NCBI RefSeq assembly: GCF_963921235.1
Contig: NC_086108.1
Location: 58,034,001-58,098,000, forward strand
Direction: 5' to 3'
Source: Mobula hypostoma
Lineage: Eukaryota
DNA: 64,000 bases
Shown here: one piece after another, positions 23,355 through 36,484 of the stretch
Layout: the number at the start of each line of letters is the position of its first letter
Numbering within the stretch: the first letter of the stretch is position 1
The notes under the pieces: generated by a model
What the model saw: only the letters and a program-made list of their open reading frames with translations
What the model was told of the DNA's origin: nothing
The model's database searches: none
Program-made: the position numbers and the translations under genes

Positions 23355-24337
23355 GGCTGCATCCACACTACGCCGGATAATTTTGAAAACAAAGCTTTTT
23401 CTCTTCGTTTGACCTTCCGTCCACACCGAAACGGCATTTTCAGCCCCCGAAAATGGAGATTTTCAGAAACGGTCTCCAGAGTGAATAAATCCGAAAACGC
23501 CTAATATCCGTTGCAGTGTGTACGGGGTAACCAGAGCTTTTTAAAACCACTGTCATGACATGCCGGAACAGATGGCGACAGTACGGTGTTTCATTGTTTT
23601 CTTCTTATTATTTTTATTCTTATTATTACTACTTTATTGTTGCCAAAGAATTGATACTAGAGCGTACAATCATCCCAGCGATATTTGTTGCGTTTTGCAG
23701 AACCTAACAATTTCAGAACAGACGGCAACGAGACTGAAGCCAGAAGAGTTAGAAATGTACTCACCAAATACTTTGACCCATAGCTTACTGAATAAATAAG
23801 TATACTCACTTTGCCCTGTTTTCTGTCCTTGCTTGTATGAAGGTGGTTTACCTATTTATGCAAGTATTTCTCTGGCAATAGATGTGTAACAGCCTATTGT
23901 AACATTGTATGGAAATACAAGATAACACTGATGCAGACATGTTTTATACATTTAACAAGGTGCTTTATTAATGCAACAGAGTTAGTCAGTTTTTCAATGT
24001 TCGTTGTCAGCTGGGTCATACTGTCCATGAACTCTCTGTCGGTTGCCTCCATACGCTCCAGTATTTGTTTTTTTTTGTTTTAAGTCCTCCTGCGCGAGAG
24101 CCAAGAGCAATTCCTTTCAAGTTTTTCTAGTCTGTAACTGGACAAATGCGCTCCAAGTATACCGTTTCCTCTTCGCTTGTTTTCTGTGTGCCCTGCGCAT
24201 GCCCAGTAGGAGGAGATTCGCCCAAATATTCGCCTAATGTGGATGGAGATATTTTGAAAAATGCTTAGTGTGGACGCCTATCGTTTTTACTCGAAACCAG
24301 CGTTTTCAAAATTATCCGGTGTAGTGTGGACGTAGCC
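23355..24337. mobile_element. Non-autonomous PIF/Harbinger-type DNA transposon
   Basis: 36-bp TIRs ggctgcatccacactacgccggataattttgaaaac (23355-23390) and gttttcaaaattatccggtgtagtgtggacgtagcc (24302-24337), with 3 mismatches. TAA flanks both sides (23352-23354, 24338-24340), and a 3-bp TWA TSD is the Harbinger hallmark. Confidence 0.85.
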
Positions 24338-25149
24338 TAAAGTGAAGTTAGTTTAAACCCTCCCATGTAGCACTAGAAAATTTTCTTGCAAGGATATTGG
24401 TCCTTCTCTTACTCAAGTGTAACACATACCCCCCCCCCAACATACAACACTGGGTGAAGTGTTCTGACATTTCTTTTCTTATTACTTCTTCGCCAAGGGT
24501 GCTTCTGAGATTATCTCACTGAGTGTGCTGCCTGAGCTGGAGCTTCAAGGCAGGCATCCAAAAGAGTCATGAATTGCTGGCAGTGAGCGTGTGCAATGGC
24601 GTGATGAGCACATGCAATGTTGTGATGAGCAGTCAAATGAGGAGAAATAAGGTACTGCAAAAGAACAGCAGCTTCTAGGTCCACAGTGCCATCAACACTC
24701 TTGTGGAACTGGGCTGCTATCAGCTTTCAGTGCCTCCTGACCAATACCAATTCTACATGGAAGCAGTTTGCTCCAACACAACAGCTGTGAGTTCCTATTT
24801 CTGAAATAACAGCCGACTGCCTCTGAGTGAGCACTGTTTTCAAGGGCCTGAGACTACTGAGATATGAGGACAATAGATTTTCTTCTCTTGAGCCTCAAAG
24901 GAGGCAGAGCTTTCAGCTGCTGCACTTTGGGAGTGTCACGCGTGTGAGCATAGAGATGTGCCCCACTTCCATTGTGGTTTTTCTGTATAAAATCCAGAGA
25001 AGCATTCCCACCAAGTTACTTCATATTATATTTCCTTACAATATAGGCTGTTTTGCCCATTGAGTATAGGCCAACTCACAGAGTAGGCCTGCCAGTTACT
25101 AAATTGATTTTGTGGCAATGTATTCTCTCATGTCAGTTCCACCCTGAGT

Positions 25150-25368
25150 CATCCACCACTCACCAGCAGTAAATTACAGCAATCAATACAGCTACCAACC
25201 GGCTCATCTTGGGTATGTGGGAGGAAACGGGATCTTGCATTGGAAACCCATGAGTTAACCGGGAGTACACACAAATTGCAATTGCACTTAGCAAGGGAGG
25301 CCAGGATTGAACCCAGGTCACTGTAGCTGTGTGGCAGCAATGCCACCTGCTATGCCACTGTGCTGCAC
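25150..25368 (-). mobile_element. Decayed tRNA-derived V-SINE (HE1-like)
   Basis: Minus strand: A-box-like agtggcatagcagg, B-box gggttcaatcc, then V-domain-like tgggtttcc...ccgtttcctcccacat. Confidence 0.7.
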
Positions 25369-26898
25369 CTTGGAGAGTGCCAGCAAGGACAGCTAGACGC
25401 AAAGCCAGGCATTTGCAATATCCTATTAGAGACCTTTGGAACCGAAATGAACAGCAGTCTCTATGCAGGCAGCTGGCATGGTAGCTTTCCTATCCCTCTG
25501 ACTTGGCTAGCAGATTCTGGTTTCCCTCCTTATGAGATGTGTGTTTGTTGAGCCCATGTGTTGTACTAATTTGAACTGATGATTAGTAATGTTCGGCACA
25601 ATAATGTGATGTTTTCCTCCAAGTCCTCCTGCATGAAGTACAGCTCATTAACAGGTGCTGCAATGGTTGTGTGCCGCTGGATAGATGATATCTACTTGAA
25701 CTCTGCACGGTGCGAATGACTGCACAGTGCTGTTAAGAGGAATATTCAAAGAGAGAAGCACACAGAGAGAAAACTTTCATTACTATGAAGCAAGAAGACC
25801 TGCCAAGGGTCCTGGAGATACTTGCATACATAAAATACAGGAGCAGAGCATACAATTGCCCAACTCTACTCTGCCATTCAACAAGATTATGGTTGTTCTG
25901 ATTAGGACTTCAATTTCATTTCCTGGTCCATTTTTCACAAATGTCAGAATCAGGTTTATTATCACCGGCATGTATTGTGAAATTTGTTAACTTATATAGT
26001 TGATTCCACTTTGCCAATTAGGCATGCTCCACAGTTCGCTGGATTAAAAAAAAAATTCACAGGTAGTAATTTCCAGATTACTCCTAGTGCTCCCTGCTAG
26101 CATGGTTAGACATCAACAGGCCAGATTAATGTGTGTTTGAGGGGTTGGTACCAAGGGCAGGGATTCAGGTTTGCTTGGATTTCTTCTGGGACAGGTTGAA
26201 TCTGTACATGTGAGACGTGCTGCACTTGAACCAGAGAAGGGCCAATATCCTTCCAAGAAGATCTGCTAGTTCTACCTCAGAGGATTTAAACTAAATTGGC
26301 AGGGTGTGATGCTCTGAGTAGAGGCAAGTCATAAAGTTAAGCAACCTGAACTCACTCGGCAGGGGCACAGTAACGGGAAGGAAAAGAATACTCAGTTAAA
26401 CTGCATTTATTTTAAAGCAAGTAGCTCAACAGGCAAGGCAGCTGAACCAAGAGTGTGGTTTGGCTATGGGAACTGGCTTGTTATAGCCATAACCGAAACA
26501 TGACTGAAAGAAAGGCACGACTGGCAACCCACTGTTCCGGGTTACAGATACTTCAACCATGACAGAGATACTGGTAAACGGGGAGTGCATGTTGCCTTTT
26601 TGATAAGGAAGATGTAACAGCAGTACTTAAAGATGTCTTTCTTGGGGATTTGTCCAGTGAGGCCATATGGATAGATCTTAGAAACCAGAAGGGGAGGGTC
26701 ACTCTATTGGGGCTGTATCATAGACCTCCCAATAGTCAGTGGGAACCTGAGGAGCAAGTGTGTAGAAAAATTGCTCATAGTTGGAATCTAATATATTTCA
26801 ATTTTTCTGGTAGTCACTGGGCCACCCAGAGCTTTAAAGGGCCTGGGTGGGTGGAATTTATGATATTTGTCCTGGAAAGCTTCCTGAGTCAATATACA

Positions 26899-29800
26899 GA
26901 CCATAAGACCGTAAAACAGAGGAGCAAAATTTGGCAATTTAGCCCATCGAGTCTGCTCCACCATTCAATCATGGTTGATCCTTTTCTCCCCCTCCTCAGC
27001 CCCAAACCCCGGCCTTTTACCTGTAACCTTTGATGCCATAGCCAATGAAGAACTTATCAATATCTGCCTTAAATACACCCAATAACTTGGCTCCACAGCT
27101 GCCTGTGGTAACAAATTCCACAAATTCACCACTCTCTGGCTAAAGAAATTACTCTGCATCTCTGTTTTAAATGGACACCCCTCTATCCTAAGGCGGTGCC
27201 CTCTTGTCCTAGACTCCCCCAACCATGGGATACATCCTTTCCACATCTACTCTCTCTTGGCCTTTCAACATTCAAAAGGTTTCAATGTGATTTCCCCCCT
27301 CATTCTTCTAAATTCCAGTGAGTACAGTGAGTGGTTGTAAACGAGTCATATTCTGCATGGAGGTCAGTGACCAATGGTGTGCCTCAGGGACCTGTTCTGG
27401 GACCCTTACTCTTCGTGATTTTTATAAATGACTTGGATGAGGAAGTGGAGGGATGGGTTAGTAAGTTTGCTGATGACACAAAGGAAGGGTGTTGTGGATA
27501 GTGTGGAGGGCTGTCAGAGGTTTCAGCGGGACGTTGATGGGATGTAAAACTGGGCTGAGAAGTGGCAGATGGAGTTCAACCCAGATAAGTGTGAAGTGGT
27601 TCATTTTGGTAGGTCATATATAATGGCAGAATATAGTATTAATGGTAAGACTCTTGGCATTGTGGAGGATAGAGGGGTCTTGGGGTCCTAGTCCATCGGA
27701 CGCTCAAAGCAGCTGCGCAGGTTGACTCTGTGGTTAAGAACGCATACAGTGCATTGGCCTTCATTAATCGTGGGAGTGAGTTTAGGGGCCGAGAGGTAAT
27801 ATTGCAATGATATAGGACCCTGGTCAGACCCCACTTGGAGTACTGCGCTCAGTTCTGGTCACCTCACTACAGGAAGGATGTGGAAACCATAGAAAGGGTG
27901 CAGAGGAGATTTACAAGGATGTTGCCTGGATTGGGGAGCGTGCCTTTTGAAAACAGGTTGAGTGAACTCGGTCTTTTCTCCTTGGAGTGACGGAGGATGA
28001 GAGGTGACCTGATAGAGTGTATAAGATGATGATCGTGTGGATAGTCAAAGGCGTTTTCCCAGGGCTGAAATGGCTGCCACAAGTGGGCACAGGTTAAAGG
28101 TACTGGGGAGTAGGTACAGAGGAGATGTCAGGGGTAAGTTTTTTACTCAGAGAGTGGTGAGTGCGTGGAATGGACTGCCGGCAATGGTGGTGGAGGCGGA
28201 TGCGATAGGGTCTTTTAAGAGCCTTTTGGATAGGTACGTGGAGCTTAATAAAATAGAGAGCTATGGGTAACCCTAGTAATTTCTAAGGTTCGGCTCAACT
28301 TTGTGGGCTGAAGGGCCTGTATTGTGCTGTAGGTTTTCTATATGATAACCCTTTCATTCCCGGAGTCATCCTTGTGAACCTCCTCTGAATACTCTCCAAT
28401 GCCAGCACATCTTTTCTGATATATGAGGCCCAAAGGTGTTAACAGCACTCCAAATACAGCCTGACTTGTGTCTTATAAAGCCTCAGCATTATTTCCTTGC
28501 TTTTATATTCTATTCTCCTTGAAGTAAATGCCAACATTGCATTTGTCACCTTTACCACAGACTCAACCTATAAATTAACCTTCTGGGAGTCTGATGTTTG
28601 AATTTTCTTCCCTTTTAGATAATTATCTGCACTATCGTTCCCTTTACCAAAGTGTATTATCATACATTTCCCAACACGGTATTCCATCTGCCACTTTTTT
28701 GCCCTTTCTTCCAATTTGTCTAGGTCCTGCTGCAATCACATTGCTTCCTCAGCACTACCTACCCCTCCACCTGTCTTCATATCATCCACAAACGTTGCCA
28801 CAAAGCCATGAATTCCATTATCTAAGTCACCAACAAACAATGTGAGAAGTAGCGGTCCCAAAACTGACCCCTGGGAAAACCACTAGGCACTGGCCACCTA
28901 CCAGAAAAGGCTCCCTTTATTCCCACTCGCTGCTTCCTACCTGTTAGCCATTCCTCTATCCATGCCAGTATCCTTCATGTAATGCCATTGGATCTTGTTA
29001 AGCAGCCCCTTGCGTGGCACTTTATCGAATGCCTTCTGAAAATCTAAGTAAATGCCTCTCCTTTTTTCTTCTCCTCACTTCCTCAGAAATCTCTAACAGA
29101 TTTGTCAGGCAAGATTTCCCTTTACAGAAACCATGTTGACTTTGATTTATTTTATCATTAGTCTCCAAGTACCTCAAAACCTCATCCTTCATAACACTTT
29201 CCCAACCACTGAGGTGAGGCTAACTGGCCTATAATTTCCTTTCTTATGCCTTCCTCCCTTTTTAAAGAGTGGGGTGACATTTTCAATTTTCTAGTCCTCT
29301 GGGATCATGCCAGAATAAAGTGATTCTAGAAAGATCATGATCAATGCATCCGTTATCACTTTAGCAACCTCTCTCAGGACTCTGAAATGAAGTCCATCTG
29401 GTTCAGGTGACCTATCCACCCTTGAGTTTGCCTAGCACTTTTTCCTTTGTAATAGCAGTGGTACTCACTCCTGCTCCATGACACTCTTGGACCTCCAGCA
29501 CACTGCCAATTTCTTCCACAGTGAAGACTGATGAAAAGTACTCATTAAGTTCTTCTGTCATTTCTTTGTCCCCCATTACTACCTCTCCAGCATCATTTTC
29601 CAGTTGTCCAATATCAATTCTCACCTCCCTTTTACTCTTTATATAATTGAAAAATCTTTTAGTATCCTGCTTTGTAGTATCGGTTAGTTTGCTCCCACGT
29701 TTCATCTTTTCCCTACTTATAGCTTTTTTTTAGTTACCTTTTAGTGGATTTTAAAAGCTTCCCAGTCATCCAACTTTCCGCTCACTTTTGCTATCTTATA

Positions 29801-30220
29801 TGCACTTTCCTTGGCTTTTATGCAGTTCTCAACTTCCCTTGTCAGTCATCTTGCCTACTCCTGCCATTTGAGAACTGCTTCTTCTGTGGGACATATCTAT
29901 GCTGTGCCTTGTGAACTGCTCCCAGAAATTTCAGCCATCTTTGCTCTGCCATCATCTCCGCCAGTATCCTCCTCCAATTCACCTGGAGCTCCTCTCTCAT
30001 GCCTCTGTAATTCCCTTTATTCCATTGTGATACTAATACATGCGACTTGTGCTTCTCCCTCTCAAACTGCAGTATGAATTCAATCATATTATGATCACTG
30101 TCTCCTAAGGGTTCCTTTATGTTAAACTCCCTAATAAGATCTCAGTTATTACACAACACCCTTTCTAAGAGCCTGGTAGGCTCCAGCGCAAGCTACTCTA
30201 AAAAGCTATCTCATAGGCAA
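26899..30220 (-). mobile_element. CR1 LINE (5'-truncated, decayed ORF2) nested in the older CR1
   Basis: Minus-strand ORF fragments FFSQRVVNLWNLLP (26965-27246), KRFFNYIKSKR (29412-29705) and MIEFILQFE (29842-30087). Confidence 0.8.
27327..28342 (+). mobile_element. Younger CR1 3' fragment (RT C-terminal half and 3' UTR), same family as 53976-56475
   Basis: GVPQG..LGPLLF and KFADD motifs. Close sequence match to the reverse complement of 53985-55010. Confidence 0.85.
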
Positions 30221-31128
30221 CCCCTCACCGCCCCCCACATTCTTCTAGCAAGTACAGGCCTAGAACCATCAAACGTTCTTCATATGATAATCCTTTCATT
30301 CCCAGAATCATCCTTGTGAACTTCCTCCGAACCCTCTTCAATGGCAGAGGGCCTAACTCAGGAGGATGCAATACTGGACCTCTTCTTAGGTGAGCGAGGC
30401 AAGGCAAGTCAGGGAGCACTTTAGCTCGAGTGACCATAATTTATTAGTTTTAGGACAGTAATGGGAAAAGATAGGACAAGTCCACAGGTTAGAGCCGTAA
30501 ACTCTAGCAGGGGATTTAAGCAGAATTTAGCAAAGTTCAATTGGATAAGGCTACCTGAAGGGAAAGGAATGCATGGCATGTGGGGGGCGCTCAACAGTAT
30601 GCTATTAAGAGTCTGAGCAGCATGTTCCTGTGAGGGTGAAGAGTAAATCTGGCAAGTTTAGAGAAAGCAGACTGGCAGATATTTAGGCTCTGTTGAGGAA
30701 AAGAAGGAAGTAGTCAGGAATGAGTGAATCCCTTGATGACTATAAAATGATTAAGAACTCACTCAAGAAGGAAGTCAGAAGGGCAAAGAGAGGATATCGT
30801 TTGGACCTGGTAGGCAAGTTTACAGAAAATATCAAGAGGTTCTATAGATGCATTAAGAGTAAAAGGAGGCCTAAGTTGAGAGTAGGTCCCCTTAGAGATC
30901 AGCTGGGTTGTCCATGTCTTGAGCTGCGGGAGATGGGTAGGATTATTAATGAATATTTCTCCTTGATGTGTACTGAGAAGAAAAACCATGGTTGCTCATG
31001 AGATAAGGAAAACAAGTGGTGATGTTTTGGAGAAAATTCATATTACCAGGGAGGAGGTATTTGCAGCCTTACAGCGCATTCAAGTGGGTAGATCCCCAGG
31101 TCCTGACCGAGGGCATCCTCAGAATTTG

Positions 31129-31600
31129 TTCAAAGTTCAAGGTGAATTTATTGTCAAAGTACATGTATGTCATCACATAACAACACTGAGGTTTATTTAC
31201 CGGCAGGCATATTCAGTAAATCCAAGACCACAATAGAATCAATGAATGACTCCACTAACAGGATGGACAACCACACAATGTGTAAAAGACAGCAAGTTGT
31301 GCAAATACAGAAGAAAATAGTCATCATAAATAAATAAACAATAAATATCAAGAACATGAGATGAAGAGTCCTTGAAAGTGAGTCCACTGGTTTTGGGAAC
31401 AGTTCAGTGATGGGACAACATGAAGTTGAGTGAAGTTGTTCCACCGGTTCAAGAGCCTGATGGTTGAGGGGTGATAACTGTGCCTTCTTCCTGATGGTAG
31501 CAGCGAGAAGAGAGCATGACCTGGGTAGTGGGGGTCCCTATCATGGATGCTGCTTTCTTGGGATAGCGCTCTATGTAGATGTGCTCAATGGTGGAGAGGA
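31129..31600 (-). mobile_element. Rex1/Babar-like LINE 3' end
   Basis: Tail ttcaaagttcaagg and the IEHIY...KAASMI motif shared with the other Rex1-like copies. Confidence 0.7.
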
Positions 31601-31744
31601 CAGTTAGAGAAAAAATTTTAGAGGCTCCTGCAGAAGTGTTTGCTTTATCATTAGCATCAGAATTGGAGCAGTGCAAAGCTAGGGAGCATAGGTTTAGGGT
31701 GAGATATTTAGGGAAGTCGACTGAGGTGTAGGAAACAGATTTTA

Positions 31745-33570
31745 GTACCAATAAGAGCCATAAAAGACCTAAAAAAGCCATAAAGATAGGAAAGATGAAA
31801 TACGAAGGGAAGCTTGCCAATAATATAAAAGAGCAGACAAAATATTTTTTCAGATCTATAAGGAGTAAAAGAAAGATGAGAGTCGATATCAGACCGCTGG
31901 AAAATAACACTGGAGAGTTAGTAACGGAGGACAAAGAAATGACTGACGAACCGAAAAAGTATTTTGCATTTCTCATCACTGTGGAAAGCATTAGCAGGAT
32001 ACCAGAAATGCTAGAGGTCAGGGGGCAGAGGTGAGTGTCATTCCTATTTCTAAGAAGAAGGTATTTGGGAAGCTGAAAATTGTGAAGATAGTTAAGTTGC
32101 CTGGACCAGATAGACTATACCCCAGGGTTCTGAAAGAGGTAGCTGAAGAGATTGTTGAGGTATTAGAAATGATATTTCAATAATCACTAGATTCTGCAAT
32201 GGTTCCTGAGGACTGAAAAATTGCAAATGTCACTCTACTCTTTAAGAGAGGAGTGAGGCAGAAGGTTAGTTGGAAAGATGCAGTCTGTTATTAAGGACAA
32301 GGTTTTGGATTTCATGGAGGCACATTATAAAATAGGCCAGAGTCAGAATCGTTTCCTTAAAGGGACAAATCTGTTGGAATTCTTTGACAAAATAATAGGC
32401 AGGATAGACAAAGGAGAGTCAGTGGAAGTCATTTCTATAGATTTTCAGAAGGCCTTTGACAAGGTGTTGCACATGAGGCTGCTGGTACTATGGGAAAGGT
32501 ACTAGCATGGATAGAAGATTGGCCGATGGGCAGGATAAAGGGGTCCTTTTTTGGTTGGCTGCCAGTGACTAGCAGTGTTCCGCAAGGGTTACTGTTGAGA
32601 CTGTTTTTCATGTTATATTTCAATGACTTGGATGAAGGAATTGTTGGCTTTGTGGCCAAGTTTGTGGATGATATGGAGATAGGTGGAGGGGCAGGTAGTG
32701 TTGAGGAAGCAGGGTGTCTGCAGAAGGACTTAGACAGATTGGGGGCAACAGGCAAAGAAGTGGAAGACGGAATACAGTGTAGGAAAGTACATGGTCATGC
32801 ATTTTGGGAGAAGGAATAAAGGCATGGACCTTTTCTAAATGGGGAGATAATTCAAAAATCAGAGGTGCAAAAGGATTTATGAGCCCTTGTGTAGGATTCC
32901 CTAAAGGTTAACTTGCAAGTTGAATGGGTGATAAGGAAAGCAAATGAGATATTCGCATTCATTCAAAAAGACAAGAATACAATAACAAGGATTTAATGCT
33001 GAGGCTTTATAAGGCATTGGTCGGACAGCACGGAGTAGTGTGAGCAGTTTTGAGTCCCTTATCTAAGAAAAGCTGTGCTGGCATTGGAGGAAGTCCAGAG
33101 GAGGCTCATGAGAATTATCTCAAGAATGAAAGGGTTAATGTTTGAGGAGTGCTTGATTTCTCTGGGCCTGTACAATGCTGGTGTTTAGAAGAATGAGGGG
33201 GCATCTCATTGAAACCTATTGAATATTGGAAGGTCTAGATAGAGTGTATGAGGAGAGGATGTTTCCTATAATGGGGGAGGCTAGGACCAGAGGGCACTGC
33301 CTCAGAATTTAGAACAGAGATGAGGAAAAATTTCCTTAGCCAGAAGGTGGTGAATTTATGGAATTCATTGCTACAGGTGGCTGTGCGGGCCAATTCCCTG
33401 GGTATATTTAAGGTAGCGGTTGATTGGTTCTTGATTAATCAGGGCATCAAAGATTATGGGAAAAAGGCAGGAGAATGGAGTTCAGAAGGATAGTAAATCA
33501 CCTGTGCTAAATAGTGGAGTAGACTCGATGAGCCAATAGCCTAATTTTACTCCTACATCCATGGTCATAG
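31745..33570 (+). mobile_element. CR1 LINE RT fragment with 3' UTR
   Basis: ORF fragments DFQKAFDKV (32278-32505) and SVPQG...VAKFVDD (32490-32819). Confidence 0.8.
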
Positions 33571-34683
33571 TCTAAGTGCAAGCTCATGCATTTGGTTAGT
33601 TGGGCACTAGGGAATGCAGTGGATATAGAGGGACATAGGAGTACAAGTGCATAGCCTGTTGAAAACAGCATCACAGTTAGACAGGGTGGTGCAAACGTCT
33701 TTTAGTATACTGGCTTTCATCAGTCAGGGTGTTGAGTACAGGAGCTAGAACATTAGGTTGCAGTTGTACAAGTTGTTAGTGAGGTCACACTTGGAGTACT
33801 GTGTACAGTTTTGGTCAGCCTATGGTGTGTTTAAACTCCTAAAAGAGCAGAGAGCTTTATGAGGAAGATTCAGGGATTGGAAGGCCTGAGTTATTGGGAG
33901 AGGTTGGCCAGGCTAGTTCTTTATTCCTTGGAACATAGGGGAATGAGGGGCAACCATATAAAAGTGTTTAAAACTATCTGCGGCAAAGATAAAGTGGGTG
34001 GTAACAGTCTTTCCTATTGGGTAGGGCATTGGTTGAGGGAGAAAGGGCAGAGATATAAAAGGACCTGAGGGGCAACTTTTTCACGCAGAGTGTGGTGAGT
34101 CGTTGGAATGAGCTGCCAGAGGAAATGATTGAGGCAGGTACAATAGTGTCATTTAAGAAACCCTCGGGTAGGTACATGGAGGGGTGGGGTTTAGAGGAAT
34201 GTGGGCAAGATGCAGGAAATTGGGACTACCTGGGGGTGGGAAGGAGAACAGGAGGCATTGTCATCAGCATGGAGTCATTGAGCCAAAGAGCCTGTATTTC
34301 TTTATAACTCTATGACTTATAACTCTTATAACTTTATAACTCTATTCTGGAAGAATAGTTATATTTTATTATAGAACTATGTGACTTAATTTCAGAATCC
34401 CCGCAGTGGGAAATATCCTCTCTACATTTATCCTGTCACTTTTCTTTCCTTCATATCAAATGGAGAATTTCGTTTTGCCATTTTTTTCTCATTTACTGAA
34501 CATATTATCTCTCTACAGACTTTTTATCACCTCCTAAAAATGATGCATCTGTCATTGCATCATCATAAGATCAAGTGACAATTCAATAGACCCATTCATC
34601 TAAAGCAGTTATGTCGTAAATAATTGAAGCTCACAACTTCAATTTCTGTGCATCACACTGGCAACTGCTTACTATCGTGATAC

Positions 34684-35230
34684 ATAGAAACATAGAAATC
34701 TACAGCACATTACAGGCCCTTCTGCCCACAATGTTGTGCCGACCATGTAAACTACTCTAGCACCTGCCTAAAATTTCCCTACGGCATTGCCCTCTATTTT
34801 TCTAAGCTCCATATACCTATCTAAGAGTCTCTTAAAAGACCCTGTTGTATCTGCCTCTACCACCTTCACTGACAGTGCTATCCGCACACCCACCACTCTC
34901 TGTGTGAAAAACATCTGCTCTATACCTACTTCCAAGCACCTTAAGACTATGTGTTAGCCATTTCAGCCCTGGGGAAAAAACCTCTGGGGAGAAAAGTTCA
35001 ATGCCTCTCATCACCTTATACACCTCTATCAGGTCACCTCTCATCCTCTGTCACCAAGTTCACTCAACCTATTCTCAGAAGGCATGCTCTCTAATCCAGG
35101 CAATATCCTTATAAATCTCTTCTGCACTCTCTCTATAGTATCCACATCCTTCCTGTAGTGAGGTGGCCAGAACTGAACACAGTACTCCAACTGGGGTCTA
35201 ACTAAGGTCTTATATAGCTGACCTATATAA
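34684..35230 (-). mobile_element. CR1 3' fragment
   Basis: ORFs 34832-35241 (LYKTLVRPQLEYCVQFW, RGDLIEVYK) and a (catagaaa)n tail. Confidence 0.8.
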
Positions 35231-36272
35231 ATAGGTCCCATTTATCTCTGTTCTCTATTTTCTGTTGGTTAGCCAATTCTGTATCTGCAGCCACCAACAT
35301 TATCAGCTCTTTATCGTGCAGTAAGCATTCATGTAACATGTTATCAATTGTCTTTTGGGTATCCATCCTTTAACCACCTTGCTCATTGCATCCACAAAGA
35401 GCTGTTTAATATTCTGTGACAGTCTCTTTTTCTTTTGAAATTGCACCCAATGATTACCGTGAAGATGAAGCTGTTTTTCAGCCTCATGAAGCTTTGAGAT
35501 ATGAAGTGTTTCCCTGTGGTCAATTGGGACAATTGTCTGGTATAAGTCACTTGATCTTGCAGGATAAAGGAGAATAATAATGCCAAAAGCCTACTGTGAA
35601 ATGATTACAATAGTTCAGATGTTGTGTTTGGATATGTGATATATGTTTTGAGTTGTGTTGAATTAAATGAGTTCCTAGAATTTCATTTTATTTTGCATAC
35701 CTGTTGGAAGGGAAACAATTCTAGTGGTGATTTTTGACTGTGTCTAGTCTTCATCTTTTCATCTCTGATTCAGGAGCCTTGGTGTGCAGAATACATTGCC
35801 TCTTTTCTCAACTTCATTCTTTTGGTGTGGTTGTGAATCACTACGCCCTTATCTACATAGGCTCCCTCTGGGTTGTCTCAGTAAAGAATAGCCAATATAT
35901 GTACCTACGGCAATCTTCGTAGAGAGGGACCAACCTGATCAAGTGTTCCATACTCAAAATGAACATTAAAATTGTAATTGAATAGCATGATGAGCCAAGA
36001 CTAGTCTGAAAAGGTCAGCTTAACTTCTCAGTAAAGTTGAGGAGCATTCATGTTCTTCCCAATTTTGAGCAGAACATCAAAGAATTTGTTTGATGATTTA
36101 TTTTAAAAAACATTGATCAATGGATTAGAATGCATGGCTGTTGCAGAGCAAAAATCAATGTATTAATATTATATTGCTCAGCCTTATTAGGTATATATTC
36201 TGTGGACTTAACTGATTATGAACTTGGTTGTCTTTTATGGAATATTGAATTCTCATCTTTTCTACTTATAAG

Positions 36273-36345
36273 GATTATTGAAAAAACTAACAACACTGAA
36301 GGTCGATGACAACCAGCTAAATGTTTTGCCCAACACAATTGGAGG
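36273..36345 (+). CDS. LRRC7: LRRC7 internal coding exon: (G)LLKKLTTLKVDDNQLNVLPNTIG-G
   Basis: Acceptor ctcatcttttctacttataAG and donor GTaagt. 73 nt, phase 1 to 2, in frame with both neighbouring exons. Confidence 0.93.
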
Positions 36346-36484
36346 GTAAGTAGTAGGCTTTGTTGTGGTGCCCTAAAGCCAAATATTCTGTGAATGCTCA
36401 CTGTGTTCATCTTTTATTATTTATTTTTAATTATCTATAATTAATATCAATAATATAAATGTCAATAATTAATTATTGAGAATC

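Larger units (their letters stand above)
26050..34345 (+). mobile_element. Old CR1 LINE (ORF1 esterase remnant, endonuclease, RT) fragmented by nested insertions; own segments ~26050-26898, 30346-31128, 31603-31740, 33575-34345
   Basis: The endonuclease motif VTLLGLYHRPP...FLSQY (ORF 26650-27033) resumes at ~30346. It continues with IKRFYRCIKSKR, SPGPD, and the 3' end VSRWNELPEE followed by a short-repeat tail. Confidence 0.7.
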
